From: Candidatus Spongiihabitans sp. | GTDB taxonomy: Bacteria > Pseudomonadota > Gammaproteobacteria > Arenicellales > Poriferihabitantaceae | Direction: 5' to 3' | Assembly (NCBI RefSeq): GCF_965247905.1 | Contig: NZ_OZ252047.1 | Span: 724,414 to 788,413 of the forward strand | DNA: 64,000 nucleotides | Shown here: piece after piece, positions 1-11,236 of the stretch | Numbering within the stretch: the first letter of the stretch is position 1 | Layout of the letters: each line of letters opens with the position of its first letter | Notes under the pieces: generated by a model | What the model was told of the DNA's origin: nothing | Seen by the model: only the letters and a program-made list of their open reading frames with translations | Database searches by the model: none | Program-made: the position numbers and the translations under genes

Positions 1-569
1 TCCTGGCGGACATGAGCATGACGCAACGCGCTGGGGCGCGCGCCATATACTTTATGAAAGGCATCATTGAACTGGCGCACGCTGCTGAACCCCGCCTTAT
101 GCGCGACCGTGGTCATTGAATCGGCGCTGTCTGCAATCAATCGCTTGGCCAACAATACCCGCCTTGAACGCGCCACGGCGCTTGGGCTCGCACCGACATG
201 CCTGGAAAATAATCGTCTCAGATAGCGCTCGCTTATCCCTAATCGTTCGGCCAGTTCACTCACGGCATGGTGGTCCAACGCCCCTTGATCAATCAGCGTT
301 AGCGCTCTTTTTACGGTTGTTTTGACGCCATTCCAGGCCGGGCTGTTCGGCGCTGATTCCGGCCGACAGCGCAAGCATGGCCGATACCCCGCGTGCATGG
401 CCGCAGCGGATGAGGGATAAAATTCACAATTCTCGGGCTTAGGCGTCACCGCGGGACAAACCGGGCGGCAGAATATCCCGGTGCTGCTCACTCCGGTAAA
501 AAATACGCCGTCATATCGAGCATCCCGATTTTTAACGGCGTCATAACAAGTTTCAAAATCAAGTAACAT
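1..569 (-). CDS. Ada-type zinc-finger / AraC-HTH regulatory protein (AdaA/AlkA-like), N-terminal part; 3' end outside window
   Basis: Own translation of the minus strand from ATG at 569: MLLDFETCYDAVKNRDARYDGVFFTGVSSTGIFCRPVCPA...GYRPCLRCRPE (Ada Cys4 Zn motif), then ELAERLGISERYLRRLFSRHVG...AGFSSVRQFNDAFHKVYG (AraC HTH). Absent from the ORF track because it has no stop inside the window. Confidence 0.75.
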   Translation of the reverse strand, partial: MLLDFETCYDAVKNRDARYDGVFFTGVSSTGIFCRPVCPAVTPKPENCEFYPSSAAAMHAGYRPCLRCRPESAPNSPAWNGVKTTVKRALTLIDQGALDHHAVSELAERLGISERYLRRLFSRHVGASPSAVARSRRVLLAKRLIADSADSMTTVAHKAGFSSVRQFNDAFHKVYGARPSALRHAHVRQ

Positions 570-688
570 GCCGACAAGTATACCTATTTAGCGGCCAGCC
601 GCTGGCGAAAATCGGCCCTGAACGTCGCCTGATTTTTCCGCCGCGAGAGTTGTTTCCGCGCAAGCGCGCCGCTTCATCGCCAACGCAA

Positions 689-740
689 GTGATCCTACAA
701 AGCGATCCTACAAAGTGATCCTAGAAAGTAATCCTGAGGG
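689..740. repeat. 13-bp tandem repeat x4 (gtgatcctacaaa / gcgatcctacaaa / gtgatcctagaaa / gtaatcctgaggg)
   Basis: Read directly; lies just downstream of the glyA stop (753). Confidence 0.9.
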
Positions 741-752
741 CCATCAACGCCC

Positions 753-2015
753 TTATGCCGACCTTTCATATACGGGAAACCTGCCGCACAGTTCGACCAC
801 TTTTTCCTTTACGGCTTGAATCACCGAATCGTCCTCCAAGTTTTCCAGCACATCACAAATCCAGCCGGTGATGTCCCGCGCCTCGCCGACGCCAAATCCG
901 CGCGTGGTCATGGCCGGAGTGCCCAGCCTCAGGCCGCTAGTCACAAACGGCGATCTCGGATCATTGGGCACGGCGTTTTTGTTCGCCGTGATATTCGCCC
1001 GCCCCAATGCGGCGTCGGCATCTTTGCCGGTGATGTTCTTGTCAATCAAGTCCAGCAGAAACAGGTGATTGTCGGTGCCGCCGGAAACAATGTTGTAGCC
1101 GCGCTTCTGGAATACCTCAACCATTGCTTTGGCGTTGTCCACCACGCTCTGCTGATAGTCTTTGAAAGAAGGTTGCATAGCCTCCTTGAACGCAACCGCT
1201 TTGGCGGCAATGACATGCATCAACGGCCCGCCCTGGGTGCCCGGAAAAACCAATGAGTTTAATTTTTTGGTGATGGCTTCATTCTCCCGCGCCAGGATCA
1301 TGCCGCCTCTGGGGCCGCGCAAGGTTTTATGGGTGGTGGTGGTGGTCACATCGGCGATCGGCACCGGGTTAGGATAATGACCGGTCACCACCAACCCGGC
1401 AACATGCGCCATATCCACAAACAAGTAGGCGCCCGTCGCGTCCGCGATGGCGCGAAATCGCTGCCAATCCATGATGCGTGAATAAGCGGAAAATCCCGCC
1501 ACGATCATCTTCGGCTTATGCGTCTTTGCCAGCGTCTCCACTTCGTCGTAGTCCACCTCGCCGGTGGCGTCGTCCAATCCATACTGAACCGCATTATAGA
1601 TTTTCCCCGAAAAACTGACCGAAGCACCGTGGGTCAAATGTCCGCCATGCGCCAGGCTCATGCCGAGAATGGTGTCGCCCGGTTCAACCAACGCCATATA
1701 CACCGCTAAATTCGCTGAAGATCCAGAATGAGGCTGGACATTGGCATAGTCCGCATCAAACAGTTTTTTCGCGCGCTCAATGGCCAGGGCTTCGGCGATA
1801 TCAACGAATTCGCAGCCGCCGTAATAGCGTTTGCCGGGATAGCCTTCCGCGTACTTGTTGGTCAGCGCCGACCCTTGCGCCGCCAACACTCGAGGACTGG
1901 TGAAGTTCTCCGAAGCGATGAGTTCTATGTGCTGTTCCTGGCGTTGTTCCTCTTTGACCATGGCGGCCCACAATTCGGCATCCAGATCAGCGATGGTTTC
2001 ATTTTTTTTAAACAT
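753..2015 (-). CDS. glyA: serine hydroxymethyltransferase
   Basis: [69 protein letters not shown] is near-collinear with E. coli GlyA. ATG at 2015 with GGAG 8 nt upstream; the track start at 2027 is a TTG extension. Confidence 0.95.
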   Translation of the reverse strand: MFKKNETIADLDAELWAAMVKEEQRQEQHIELIASENFTSPRVLAAQGSALTNKYAEGYPGKRYYGGCEFVDIAEALAIERAKKLFDADYANVQPHSGSSANLAVYMALVEPGDTILGMSLAHGGHLTHGASVSFSGKIYNAVQYGLDDATGEVDYDEVETLAKTHKPKMIVAGFSAYSRIMDWQRFRAIADATGAYLFVDMAHVAGLVVTGHYPNPVPIADVTTTTTHKTLRGPRGGMILARENEAITKKLNSLVFPGTQGGPLMHVIAAKAVAFKEAMQPSFKDYQQSVVDNAKAMVEVFQKRGYNIVSGGTDNHLFLLDLIDKNITGKDADAALGRANITANKNAVPNDPRSPFVTSGLRLGTPAMTTRGFGVGEARDITGWICDVLENLEDDSVIQAVKEKVVELCGRFPVYERSA

Positions 2016-2078
2016 GTTCGGCTCCAAATGAATTAGTCGGCAAAACTTACGGCAGTCGCCGTGAATTGTAGCATGCCG

Positions 2079-4275
<2,197 letters not shown>

Positions 4276-4381
4276 GTTGTAGTGCAAGTTGATGCTTACT
4301 GATTTTATTGGCTGATTTTATCGCCCGATTTTATTGAACATTTGATACGAAGGGTTATTTCTTTTCAGTGAGCGCGCCCCG

Positions 4382-4437
4382 CCCATCTCGGACGTGGGAC
4401 TTTAGTCCCGCCATTTGCAATGGCTTGGCGAGGCTGA
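4382..4437 (+). repeat. 56-bp dispersed repeat, copy A (contains hairpin GGGAC-TTTA-GTCCC)
   Basis: cccatctcggaCgtgggactttagtcccgccatttgcaatggcttggcgaggctga recurs at 5233-5288 (1 mismatch). A partial copy is at 5305-5327. Confidence 0.9.
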
Positions 4438-4461
4438 TGAGTGCCGTAACCACCCAGGCCC

Positions 4462-4540
4462 GTCATTCCAACGAAAGAACGTCACCCCTGTGAAAACAGG
4501 GGTTGGAATCCAGTTAAATATGCGTCCCGCGCAGCGGGAC
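4462..4540 (+). repeat. Two-hairpin repeat module (GTCATT-stem-loop-stem-AATCCAGTTAAATAT + GTCCCGC-GCA-GCGGGAC)
   Basis: Member of the GTCATT...AATCCAG family also seen at 12690, 14552, 14617, 21209-21790, 29035-29600 and 62714. Confidence 0.85.
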
Positions 4541-4681
4541 ACGACCGCCATGGATGGCGGAAGTGCCGATTTTGCAGGAGCAAAAATCTGCCAAAACCGC
4601 AAGCCGCTGACCTTTCCAAAGGTGGTGGACCAATACAAAATGTTGCATATCAGGTAAAAACCCGTTATGTTTCGGCGGTGT

Positions 4682-4768
4682 GCCGGGGTGGCGAAATTGG
4701 TAGACGCGCCAGATTCAAAATCTGGTTGGGGCAACTCAGTGTCGGTTCGAGTCCGACCCTCGGTACCA
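4682..4768 (+). tRNA. tRNA-Leu (anticodon CAA), class II with long variable arm, CCA encoded
   Basis: Hand fold: acceptor GCCGGGG/CCTCGGT (two G-U pairs). D arm GCG-AAATTGGTAGA-CGC. Anticodon arm CCAGA-TTCAAAA-TCTGG. T arm GTCGG-TTCGAGT-CCGAC, then ACCA. Confidence 0.9.
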
Positions 4769-4962
4769 TTTCCTTTTGAACTTTTTTGGGTAATAAGTCC
4801 ATGGAAACACCTAAATCTCCCCATAATGGCGCCCATAAAAAAATCAAGCCAAGAAACAAAATCGCCCTATCCCCTTTGTTAAAAAAAGATCATGCCCACC
4901 AATCCAACAAGGATTACAACCGGCAAAAAGAGAAGGACAAGCTAAAAGCCGCTTTGTCTCAT

Positions 4963-5098
4963 GATGACAAATAGCAGGGGATGACAAATAGCAGGGGATG
5001 ACAAAGGGCAGGGGATGACAAATAGCAGGGGATGGCAAAGGGCAGGGGATGGCAAAGGGCAGGGGATGACAAATAGCAGGGGATGGCAAAGGGCAGGC
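4963..5098. repeat. 17-bp minisatellite x8 (gatgRcaaaKRgcaggg)
   Basis: Eight head-to-tail units in two sequence variants (gatgacaaatagcaggg / gatggcaaagggcaggg), read directly. Confidence 0.95.
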
Positions 5099-5232
5099 AA
5101 ACAATGTATGTTCGGGCTCAGACACATAAGAGACTGTTAACCTGGCCCGGCTAGTGCGCTTAAAGCAGGTCAGGCCGGCGGCGTTTGATGGCAGGGTGGG
5201 TCAAGGAGTTCAAGGCAACCAGTCCGGTCACC

Positions 5233-5288
5233 CCCATCTCGGAAGTGGGACTTTAGTCCCGCCATTTGCAATGGCTTGGCGAGGCTGA
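5233..5288 (+). repeat. 56-bp dispersed repeat, copy B
   Basis: 55/56 identical to 4382-4437, same orientation; the two copies flank tRNA-Leu. Confidence 0.9.
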
Positions 5289-5628
5289 AGCCTCACTTCC
5301 GGTCGAACGTGGGACTTTAGTCCTGCCGCCCAACCAGCCTAAATGGAAGGGTTGCGTCGAGCCAATGCAGTCGTTATGCGTTCCGCCCGCTGTATGAAGG
5401 GCCGTTGACGGTGACCGCGATCAACCAGGAACGGGTCCATTACCAGTGGACCTATAATCATGCCGACCACACGATAGTTTGGATTTAATGATGCCAATGG
5501 CGTATTATCGGCAACTCACCCTGGCTGCCTGATTTTGTCTCATATGTGGTGAACCCGGACAATGTATAGCGAATTATTCGAGGACGCGTTAGACTATCGA
5601 CTGGAAAATCAGACAAGAGCGTTACAAA

Positions 5629-6075
5629 ATGAACGAAGACACAGAAAAAGATCGCCCGCCAAAAAACGCTAAAGCCATCGTTGGAAAGTCGATAGTGATT
5701 GTCGGGGATGTCAGTGGCGAAGAAGACCTGGTCATCAATGGTGCTATCGAGGGCGACATCAATTTCAGGGAAAACAGTGTTATTATCGGTAAAACCGGGC
5801 AAGTCAAAGCCAATGTGACCGCAAAAAATATTGTTATTGGAGGGGATATGAAAGGAGAACTGCGGGCAAGCGAACAGGTGACTATAAAACCCTCAGGCCG
5901 GGTGGTCGGTAATATTCATGCCTCGCATGTTGTTTTAGATGAGGGCTGCCAGTTCAAAGGTTCGGTTGATATGGAAGACATGAATACCGCCTCAGACAGC
6001 AAGACACCAAAGCTTCGACTGCCTAAAAATACCCCCTCCCAGCACATCCAATCAAGGCCGCTGAAAAGCCGATAA
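5629..6075 (+). CDS. bactofilin-family cytoskeletal protein
   Basis: Repetitive beta-helix pattern IVGKSIVIVGDVSGEEDLVINGAIEGDINF...VIIGKTGQVKANVTAKNIVIGGDMKGELRASEQVTIKPSGRVVGNIHASHVVLDEGCQFKGSVDM, typical of DUF583/bactofilin. Confidence 0.8.
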   Translation: MNEDTEKDRPPKNAKAIVGKSIVIVGDVSGEEDLVINGAIEGDINFRENSVIIGKTGQVKANVTAKNIVIGGDMKGELRASEQVTIKPSGRVVGNIHASHVVLDEGCQFKGSVDMEDMNTASDSKTPKLRLPKNTPSQHIQSRPLKSR

Positions 6076-6291
6076 TTCGCTTAGGCGATGGCCTCCCCGC
6101 AACCCCAAAGAGACGGATATAACGCATAGTTCTCTTGGTCTCTTTGGCGGCTCAATAAAGCAGGCTGCACGGTTACGTGCTACGTCGCGCCGCGATAGCG
6201 CAATTCCCGGCGCGCTCGCTTTCCTTAGGCACACGCACTTAATGCGGCATCTTTACTCAATACGCAATGTAAGTCTTGTGACGGGCAGTTG

Positions 6292-7002
6292 ATGAAGCAC
6301 CTGGCATTTATTATCGTTTCCGTAACGATGCAATCGTTGACCTTTGGATACGTCTCTTCCAGATATTCGTATTCCGAAAGCTTGCAATTTACCTTTATGG
6401 CATTTGTTTTATGCAGCGTTTTTTATTATCTGCGGACAACTGCCAATAATATGAAGGCAACAGACAACGAAGTTAAATCTTTGTTGTTTTTGAATGTTTA
6501 TACCGCAATGGCTTTTGTAGGTTTTTTTATCGCTATTTCATTGATTCCCGCATCCATTGCCGGGCTGGTGGAAGCTGCTTCCGGCCCTTTATGGGCATTG
6601 CCTTTTTCGGTGTTTATTTTGAACAAGAAAGTGCGGTTAAACGAGATTTTTATTGGCGCGTTTTTCTTGTTGATTGCGCTTTTTGTTTCTTTTTCAGTCA
6701 TTTCGAAAATAAACAAAAATGTAATATCAGGATTGCTGTTAGCATTTGCAGGAATAGTGCTGCCGTTATATTTCCTGCAATTAGGCATGGCAAAATCAGA
6801 GCCTCTACAGACCATGCTTTGTTTGGCGGCAATACCCTCCATTACCTGTGTTTTTGAATGGTATTTTGGTCGCGAGTTCGACCTGACCGCTTTCTTTTTA
6901 ATAGGTTCGGTAGTCGGGTTATCCGTAATTTATATGATTTTTGAGTCCAAACGAAAGGCGTTGAGGAAAAGAGATCTGGCTCAGTCTGATTCTGCGCGCT
7001 AA
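6292..7002 (+). CDS. hypothetical multi-pass membrane protein (AT-rich gene)
   Basis: 236 aa with about 7 hydrophobic segments and no recognisable catalytic motif. GC is visibly lower than the neighbours. Confidence 0.55.
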   Translation: MKHLAFIIVSVTMQSLTFGYVSSRYSYSESLQFTFMAFVLCSVFYYLRTTANNMKATDNEVKSLLFLNVYTAMAFVGFFIAISLIPASIAGLVEAASGPLWALPFSVFILNKKVRLNEIFIGAFFLLIALFVSFSVISKINKNVISGLLLAFAGIVLPLYFLQLGMAKSEPLQTMLCLAAIPSITCVFEWYFGREFDLTAFFLIGSVVGLSVIYMIFESKRKALRKRDLAQSDSAR

Positions 7003-7011
7003 TTCTCCCCA

Positions 7012-7101
7012 ATCTAACTAGTCATGATCTAACTAGCCATGATCTAACTAGCCATGATCTAACTAGCCATGATCTAACTAGCCATGATCTAACTAGCCGC
7101 G
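7012..7101. repeat. 15-bp tandem repeat x6 overlapping the glmM stop codon
   Basis: atctaactagYcRYg units. On the minus strand each unit reads I-(M/A)-(A/T)-S-stop in the glmM frame. Confidence 0.95.
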
Positions 7102-8468
7102 ATCTGCTCTATGGTTGCCGCGATTTGCCGGGTCAGGTTTTGCACCTGATGCAAATTGTCGCCTTCGATCATTACCCGAAACACCGGCTCTGTCCCGGAA
7201 GGTCGCAGCACCACTCGGCCGCTGCGTCCCAAACTGCCTTCGGCGTCGGCCACCGCTGCGCGAACCTGTTTATGGCTTGCCAGTTTTTTGCCGCTTGAAT
7301 TGCCGATGGGCACATTGATCATGTGTTGCGGGTAAATTTCCATTCCCTTCACCAAGTCCGCCACCGGCTTGCCGGTCTCAAGCATCGCTTCCAGCACCTC
7401 AAGGGCGGCGACGATGCCGTCGCCGGTCGTGGTTTTATCCAGGCAGATGATATGCCCGGACGCTTCGCCGCCCAGGTTCCAATGGTTTTTTGTCAGCGCT
7501 TCGTGGACATAGCGGTCGCCGACCTTGACGCGTTGAAACGGAATGGACATTTTCTTGAGCGCCAGTTCCAGCCCCAAGTTAGTCATCAGCGTGCCGACAA
7601 CGCCGCCATTGCTGTCATTGTCATTGTTGCTATTGTCATGGAGTCGATTCTGCGATTTTCGATGACGCGCGAGAATGTAGAGTATCTGATCGCCGTTAAT
7701 TTCGTTGCTCTGTCGATCGATAAGCAAAACCCGATCCGCATCGCCATCCAGAGCAATGCCAATATCCGCGTCGGCTTTTTTCACGCGCATCTTCAGCGCT
7801 TTCAAATCCGTGGAGCCGCAGCGCTGATTGATATTGAACCCATCGGGCTGATCCGCGATAGCGATGACATCCGCGCCCAACTCGGCAAAGACTTTGGGCG
7901 CGACATTATAGGCTGCGCCATTGGCGCAATCGATAACGATTTTTATGCCCGATAGTGTTTTTGTTTCGCTAAAGGTGCTTTTGCAATGCTCGATATAGCG
8001 CCCATAGGCATCGGGAAAACGCCTGGCCTTGCCCAGATGCGCCGAACAGACGCATTGCAAGGGCTGTTGCATCATCGCATCGATTTCGCTGACCAGGCCA
8101 TCTTGCAGTTTGGTTCCGGCCGCTGAAAATATTTTTATGCCGTTGTCGTAGTAGGGGTTGTGCGAAGCGCTGATCACCACCCCGGCGCAGGCCCTGGCCG
8201 TTCGCGTCAAGTAGGCAATGCCCGGCGAGGGCATCGGTCCAAGCAGGGAAATATTCACCCCGGCGGCGGAAAATCCGGCCTCCAAAGCGGACTCCAGCAT
8301 GTACCCCGAAACCCGCGTGTCCTTTCCGATCAGCACCGTGTCGCCGCGTCCTGCTTTTGCGAAAACACAGCCGGCGGCCCAACCCAGCTTTAGTACAGTC
8401 TCTGGCGTAATCGGCGCTTCGCCAACCTTGCCTCTTACCCCATCAGTGCCAAATAGTGAATCCGGCAT
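7089..8468 (-). CDS. glmM: phosphoglucosamine mutase
   Basis: MPDSLFGTDGVRGKVGE...VVISASHNPYYDNGIKIF (active-site Ser motif)...GEASGH. The ATG at 8468 lies just after the ftsH stop; the track's N-terminal extension overlaps ftsH. Confidence 0.93.
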   Translation of the reverse strand: MPDSLFGTDGVRGKVGEAPITPETVLKLGWAAGCVFAKAGRGDTVLIGKDTRVSGYMLESALEAGFSAAGVNISLLGPMPSPGIAYLTRTARACAGVVISASHNPYYDNGIKIFSAAGTKLQDGLVSEIDAMMQQPLQCVCSAHLGKARRFPDAYGRYIEHCKSTFSETKTLSGIKIVIDCANGAAYNVAPKVFAELGADVIAIADQPDGFNINQRCGSTDLKALKMRVKKADADIGIALDGDADRVLLIDRQSNEINGDQILYILARHRKSQNRLHDNSNNDNDSNGGVVGTLMTNLGLELALKKMSIPFQRVKVGDRYVHEALTKNHWNLGGEASGHIICLDKTTTGDGIVAALEVLEAMLETGKPVADLVKGMEIYPQHMINVPIGNSSGKKLASHKQVRAAVADAEGSLGRSGRVVLRPSGTEPVFRVMIEGDNLHQVQNLTRQIAATIEQIAAS

Positions 8469-8475
8469 TGCAGGT

Positions 8476-10416
8476 TTAACCCAACTTGGCAGGGTCGGGC
8501 AAGTCCAAGTCTGATTCATCCAGGGCGGGCGCATCATCCGCATCGGATTCCGCCGATGCGCCGCGCTTGCCGCCTTTCGACTTGGTGTTCTGGTCATTGG
8601 ATGGCGGCGGCGGGGTCGGCTGTTTGCCCGCCATAATTTCGTCAACTTGAGCGGCATCCAGGGTTTCCCATTCAAGCAAGGCTTTGGCCATGGCTTCAAC
8701 TTTGTCACGGTTTTGTTCAATTATTTTTCGCGCCCGATCATATTCATGCTCAATGATCCGGCTCACTTCCTGTTCCACTTTTTCCGCGGTCTCCGGGCTG
8801 ACGTTGCGGTGGGTTGACATTTCCCGTCCAAGAAAAATCTCGCTTTGATTATCGCCATAAACCCGCGGCCCCAATGAATCACTCATACCCCATCGCGACA
8901 CCATGTTTTGTGACAATTGCGTCGCTTGCTCAAAATCGTTGGAGGCGCCGGTAGTCATTTGATTCATGAACACTTCCTCGGCGATCCGGCCGCCCATCAA
9001 CACGGCAATTCTTGCCAGCAAATAATCGCGGTTATGGCTGTAGCGGTCTGTTTCCGGTAATTGCACCGTCACCCCCAAGGCCTTGCCGCGGGGAATAATC
9101 GTCACTTTATGCACCGGATCGGTAAGATCCGATAAAACCTTAGCCACCACAGTATGTCCTGATTCGTGATACGCGGTATTTCTTCGCTCTTGTTCAGGCA
9201 TAACGATGGAGCGTCTTTCAACGCCCATTAACACTTTGTCCTTGGCTTGCTCGAACTGAAGCATGCTGACCACTTTCTTGTTTTTTCGGGCCGCAAACAA
9301 GGCCGCTTCGTTGATCATGTTGGCAAGATCCGCGCCAGAAAATCCGGGCGTGCCGCGGGCGATAATCGCAGGATCGATATCGTCATCCAACGGCACTTTT
9401 TTCATGTGCACTTTTAATATCGCCTCGCGACCGCGAATATCCGGCAACGGCACGGTGACCTGGCGATCAAAGCGACCGGGGCGCAGTAATGCGGGATCAA
9501 GAATGTCGGGGCGGTTGGTGGCGGCAATGACGATGACACCTTCGCTGGCATCGAAGCCATCCATCTCGACCAGCAATTGGTTCAAGGTCTGCTCGCGTTC
9601 GTCGTGACCGCCGCCGAGGCCGGCGCCGCGTTGTCGGCCGACGGCATCAATTTCGTCAATAAAGATAATGCAAGGCGCATGCTTTTTCGCTTGATCGAAC
9701 ATATCCCTGACCCGGGATGCGCCGACCCCGACAAACATCTCCACAAAGTCGGAGCCGGAAATGGTGAAGAACGGCACTTTGGCTTCCCCGGCGATGGCTT
9801 TTGCCAACAGCGTTTTGCCGGTGCCTGGACTGCCAGTCATTAACACGCCGCGCGGAATGCGCCCGCCCAACTTGCGAAAACGCGATGGATCTTCTAAAAA
9901 CTCGACTAATTCCGCGACTTCCTCCTTGGCCTCATCAACACCAGCCACGTCTGCAAAGGTGATCTGGTTTTTGTCCTCGGTCAACATGCGCGCCTTGCTC
10001 TTGCCGAAGCTCAGCGCGCCGCCGCGCCCGCCGCCCTGCATTTGCCGCATGAAAAATATCCAAACCCCGATTAACAACAGTATCGGGAATGAACTGATGA
10101 ACAGGTGCACCAGCAGCGAGGTCTCCTCTTCTTTTTTCGCTTTTATATCAACCTGATTGCTCACCAGGTCGTCAATCAACTTAGGGTCGTTCGGGGCATA
10201 AGTGACAAACGCCACGCCGCCATGGGTGACGCCACGAATGACTTCATCGTCAATTTCCACCGCTGAAATATTCCCTTGCCGCACTTGCTTCAGGAAGGTC
10301 GAATAATCAATTTCGTTATTCGAGTCGCCGGTGGAACTGGTGAAATTGTTGAACACCGACATGAGCACCATGGCAATGACAAGCCAGAGCAAAATATTTT
10401 TGGTCAAATTAGGCAA
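8476..10416 (-). CDS. ftsH: ATP-dependent zinc metalloprotease FtsH
   Basis: Walker [19 protein letters not shown], Walker [12 protein letters not shown], Zn site HESGHTVV. The apparent start is TTG with GGAG 7 nt upstream. Confidence 0.95.
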   Translation of the reverse strand: MPNLTKNILLWLVIAMVLMSVFNNFTSSTGDSNNEIDYSTFLKQVRQGNISAVEIDDEVIRGVTHGGVAFVTYAPNDPKLIDDLVSNQVDIKAKKEEETSLLVHLFISSFPILLLIGVWIFFMRQMQGGGRGGALSFGKSKARMLTEDKNQITFADVAGVDEAKEEVAELVEFLEDPSRFRKLGGRIPRGVLMTGSPGTGKTLLAKAIAGEAKVPFFTISGSDFVEMFVGVGASRVRDMFDQAKKHAPCIIFIDEIDAVGRQRGAGLGGGHDEREQTLNQLLVEMDGFDASEGVIVIAATNRPDILDPALLRPGRFDRQVTVPLPDIRGREAILKVHMKKVPLDDDIDPAIIARGTPGFSGADLANMINEAALFAARKNKKVVSMLQFEQAKDKVLMGVERRSIVMPEQERRNTAYHESGHTVVAKVLSDLTDPVHKVTIIPRGKALGVTVQLPETDRYSHNRDYLLARIAVLMGGRIAEEVFMNQMTTGASNDFEQATQLSQNMVSRWGMSDSLGPRVYGDNQSEIFLGREMSTHRNVSPETAEKVEQEVSRIIEHEYDRARKIIEQNRDKVEAMAKALLEWETLDAAQVDEIMAGKQPTPPPPSNDQNTKSKGGKRGASAESDADDAPALDESDLDLPDPAKLG

Positions 10417-10519
10417 AGCAAACGCTCCAAATGAAAACTATTAAAAAATTCTTGGCCAATAAAAATAACATGAAAGGCTGATTATACGGCATCCACCAAA
10501 AAACTTCCGTTCATCGACT

Positions 10520-11215
10520 TCAGTCCGGCCGACTGGAATCCGGCCGGCTTGAATCCAACTTGAAACCACGCGCCAACAGATACACTTCTCTTGATTCGGC
10601 TCGAGAGGCATCAGGTTTAACCATTTGCACTTGATCAAAATGTTCGATAAATCTTGTTCGGACGAAGCCGACAGACTCGCCTTCAAACAGCTTGGTTAGC
10701 ACCCTGCCGCGCGCCTTTAACGCGTGTCGGCAAAAAGCCAATATCGCATCCTGCAATTGCGCGGCATTGGCTTGATCGGTGCTGCGAATACCGGTGATAT
10801 TGGGGGCCATATCCGATAAAACAAGGTCAATTTTACTATCCCCGAAACAATCCCCGAAATGATCCATGGCCCGCCGCTGGGTATCGCGGTCGCAGAAATC
10901 ACCTTGAATGAACCGCACCTTCGCGATTTCCTTCATCGGCAACAAGTCCACGCCGACAATTTGATTGCTGCCGACCACTTTGGAAGCCGCATACTGCGAC
11001 CAGCTGCCCGGCGCCGAACCCAGATCAACTATTTTTGAGTTTGGTTTGATCAAGTGATGCTTTCGATCGATTTGTTCGAGTTTAAAAACAGACCGCGCGC
11101 GCAATCCCTGGCTGCGCGCCTGCCTGACAAACGGGTCTCGATTTTGCTTGGCCGCCCACTGGGACTTTTTATTGCCGGACGTTTTATGACTTGTATGGGG
11201 ACGGCTGCTCGGCAT
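10520..11215 (-). CDS. rlmE: 23S rRNA (uridine2552-2'-O)-methyltransferase RlmE/FtsJ
   Basis: RDPFVRQARSQGLRARSVFKLEQID...VDLGSAPGSWSQ...VLSDMAPN. Conserved rlmE-ftsH-glmM order. The C-terminus carries the duplicated DSSRP-DSSRP. Confidence 0.9.
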   Translation of the reverse strand: MPSSRPHTSHKTSGNKKSQWAAKQNRDPFVRQARSQGLRARSVFKLEQIDRKHHLIKPNSKIVDLGSAPGSWSQYAASKVVGSNQIVGVDLLPMKEIAKVRFIQGDFCDRDTQRRAMDHFGDCFGDSKIDLVLSDMAPNITGIRSTDQANAAQLQDAILAFCRHALKARGRVLTKLFEGESVGFVRTRFIEHFDQVQMVKPDASRAESREVYLLARGFKLDSSRPDSSRPD

Positions 11216-11236
11216 TATTCATAACTTCCACTAGCG

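Noticed and set aside
116-325. 69-aa plus-strand ORF from the track
   Set aside because: It lies antisense inside the clearly recognisable Ada-Zn/AraC-HTH gene (minus strand, 1-569) and is a shadow ORF.
4402-4882. ORFs 4402..4836(-), 4665..4859(-) and 4667..4882(+) around 4.4-4.9 kb
   Set aside because: They overlap the tRNA-Leu gene and the hairpin repeats, and their peptides are translations of structured or repeat DNA.
4963-5098. Possible CRISPR array (also considered for 7012-7101, 36907-36973 and 21205-21660)
   Set aside because: The units are directly abutting with no unique spacers, unit lengths (15-17 bp) are too short, and no cas genes are in the window. The 235-bp units at 21.2-21.7 kb are duplicated repeat modules, not repeat-spacer structure.
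4844-5127. ORFs encoding repetitive AICHPLPF... peptides
   Set aside because: They are simply read-through of the 17-bp minisatellite on the minus strand, with no start context or coding signal.
6105-6147. Inverted repeat CCAAAGAGAC...GTCTCTTTGG downstream of the bactofilin gene as a terminator
   Set aside because: It has a 23-nt loop and no T-tract, so it is not convincing as an intrinsic terminator.
7089-8720. 543-aa version of GlmM with an 84-aa N-terminal extension
   Set aside because: The extension overlaps the ftsH 3' end and has no GlmM similarity. The conserved MPDSLFGTDGVRG start is at 8468.
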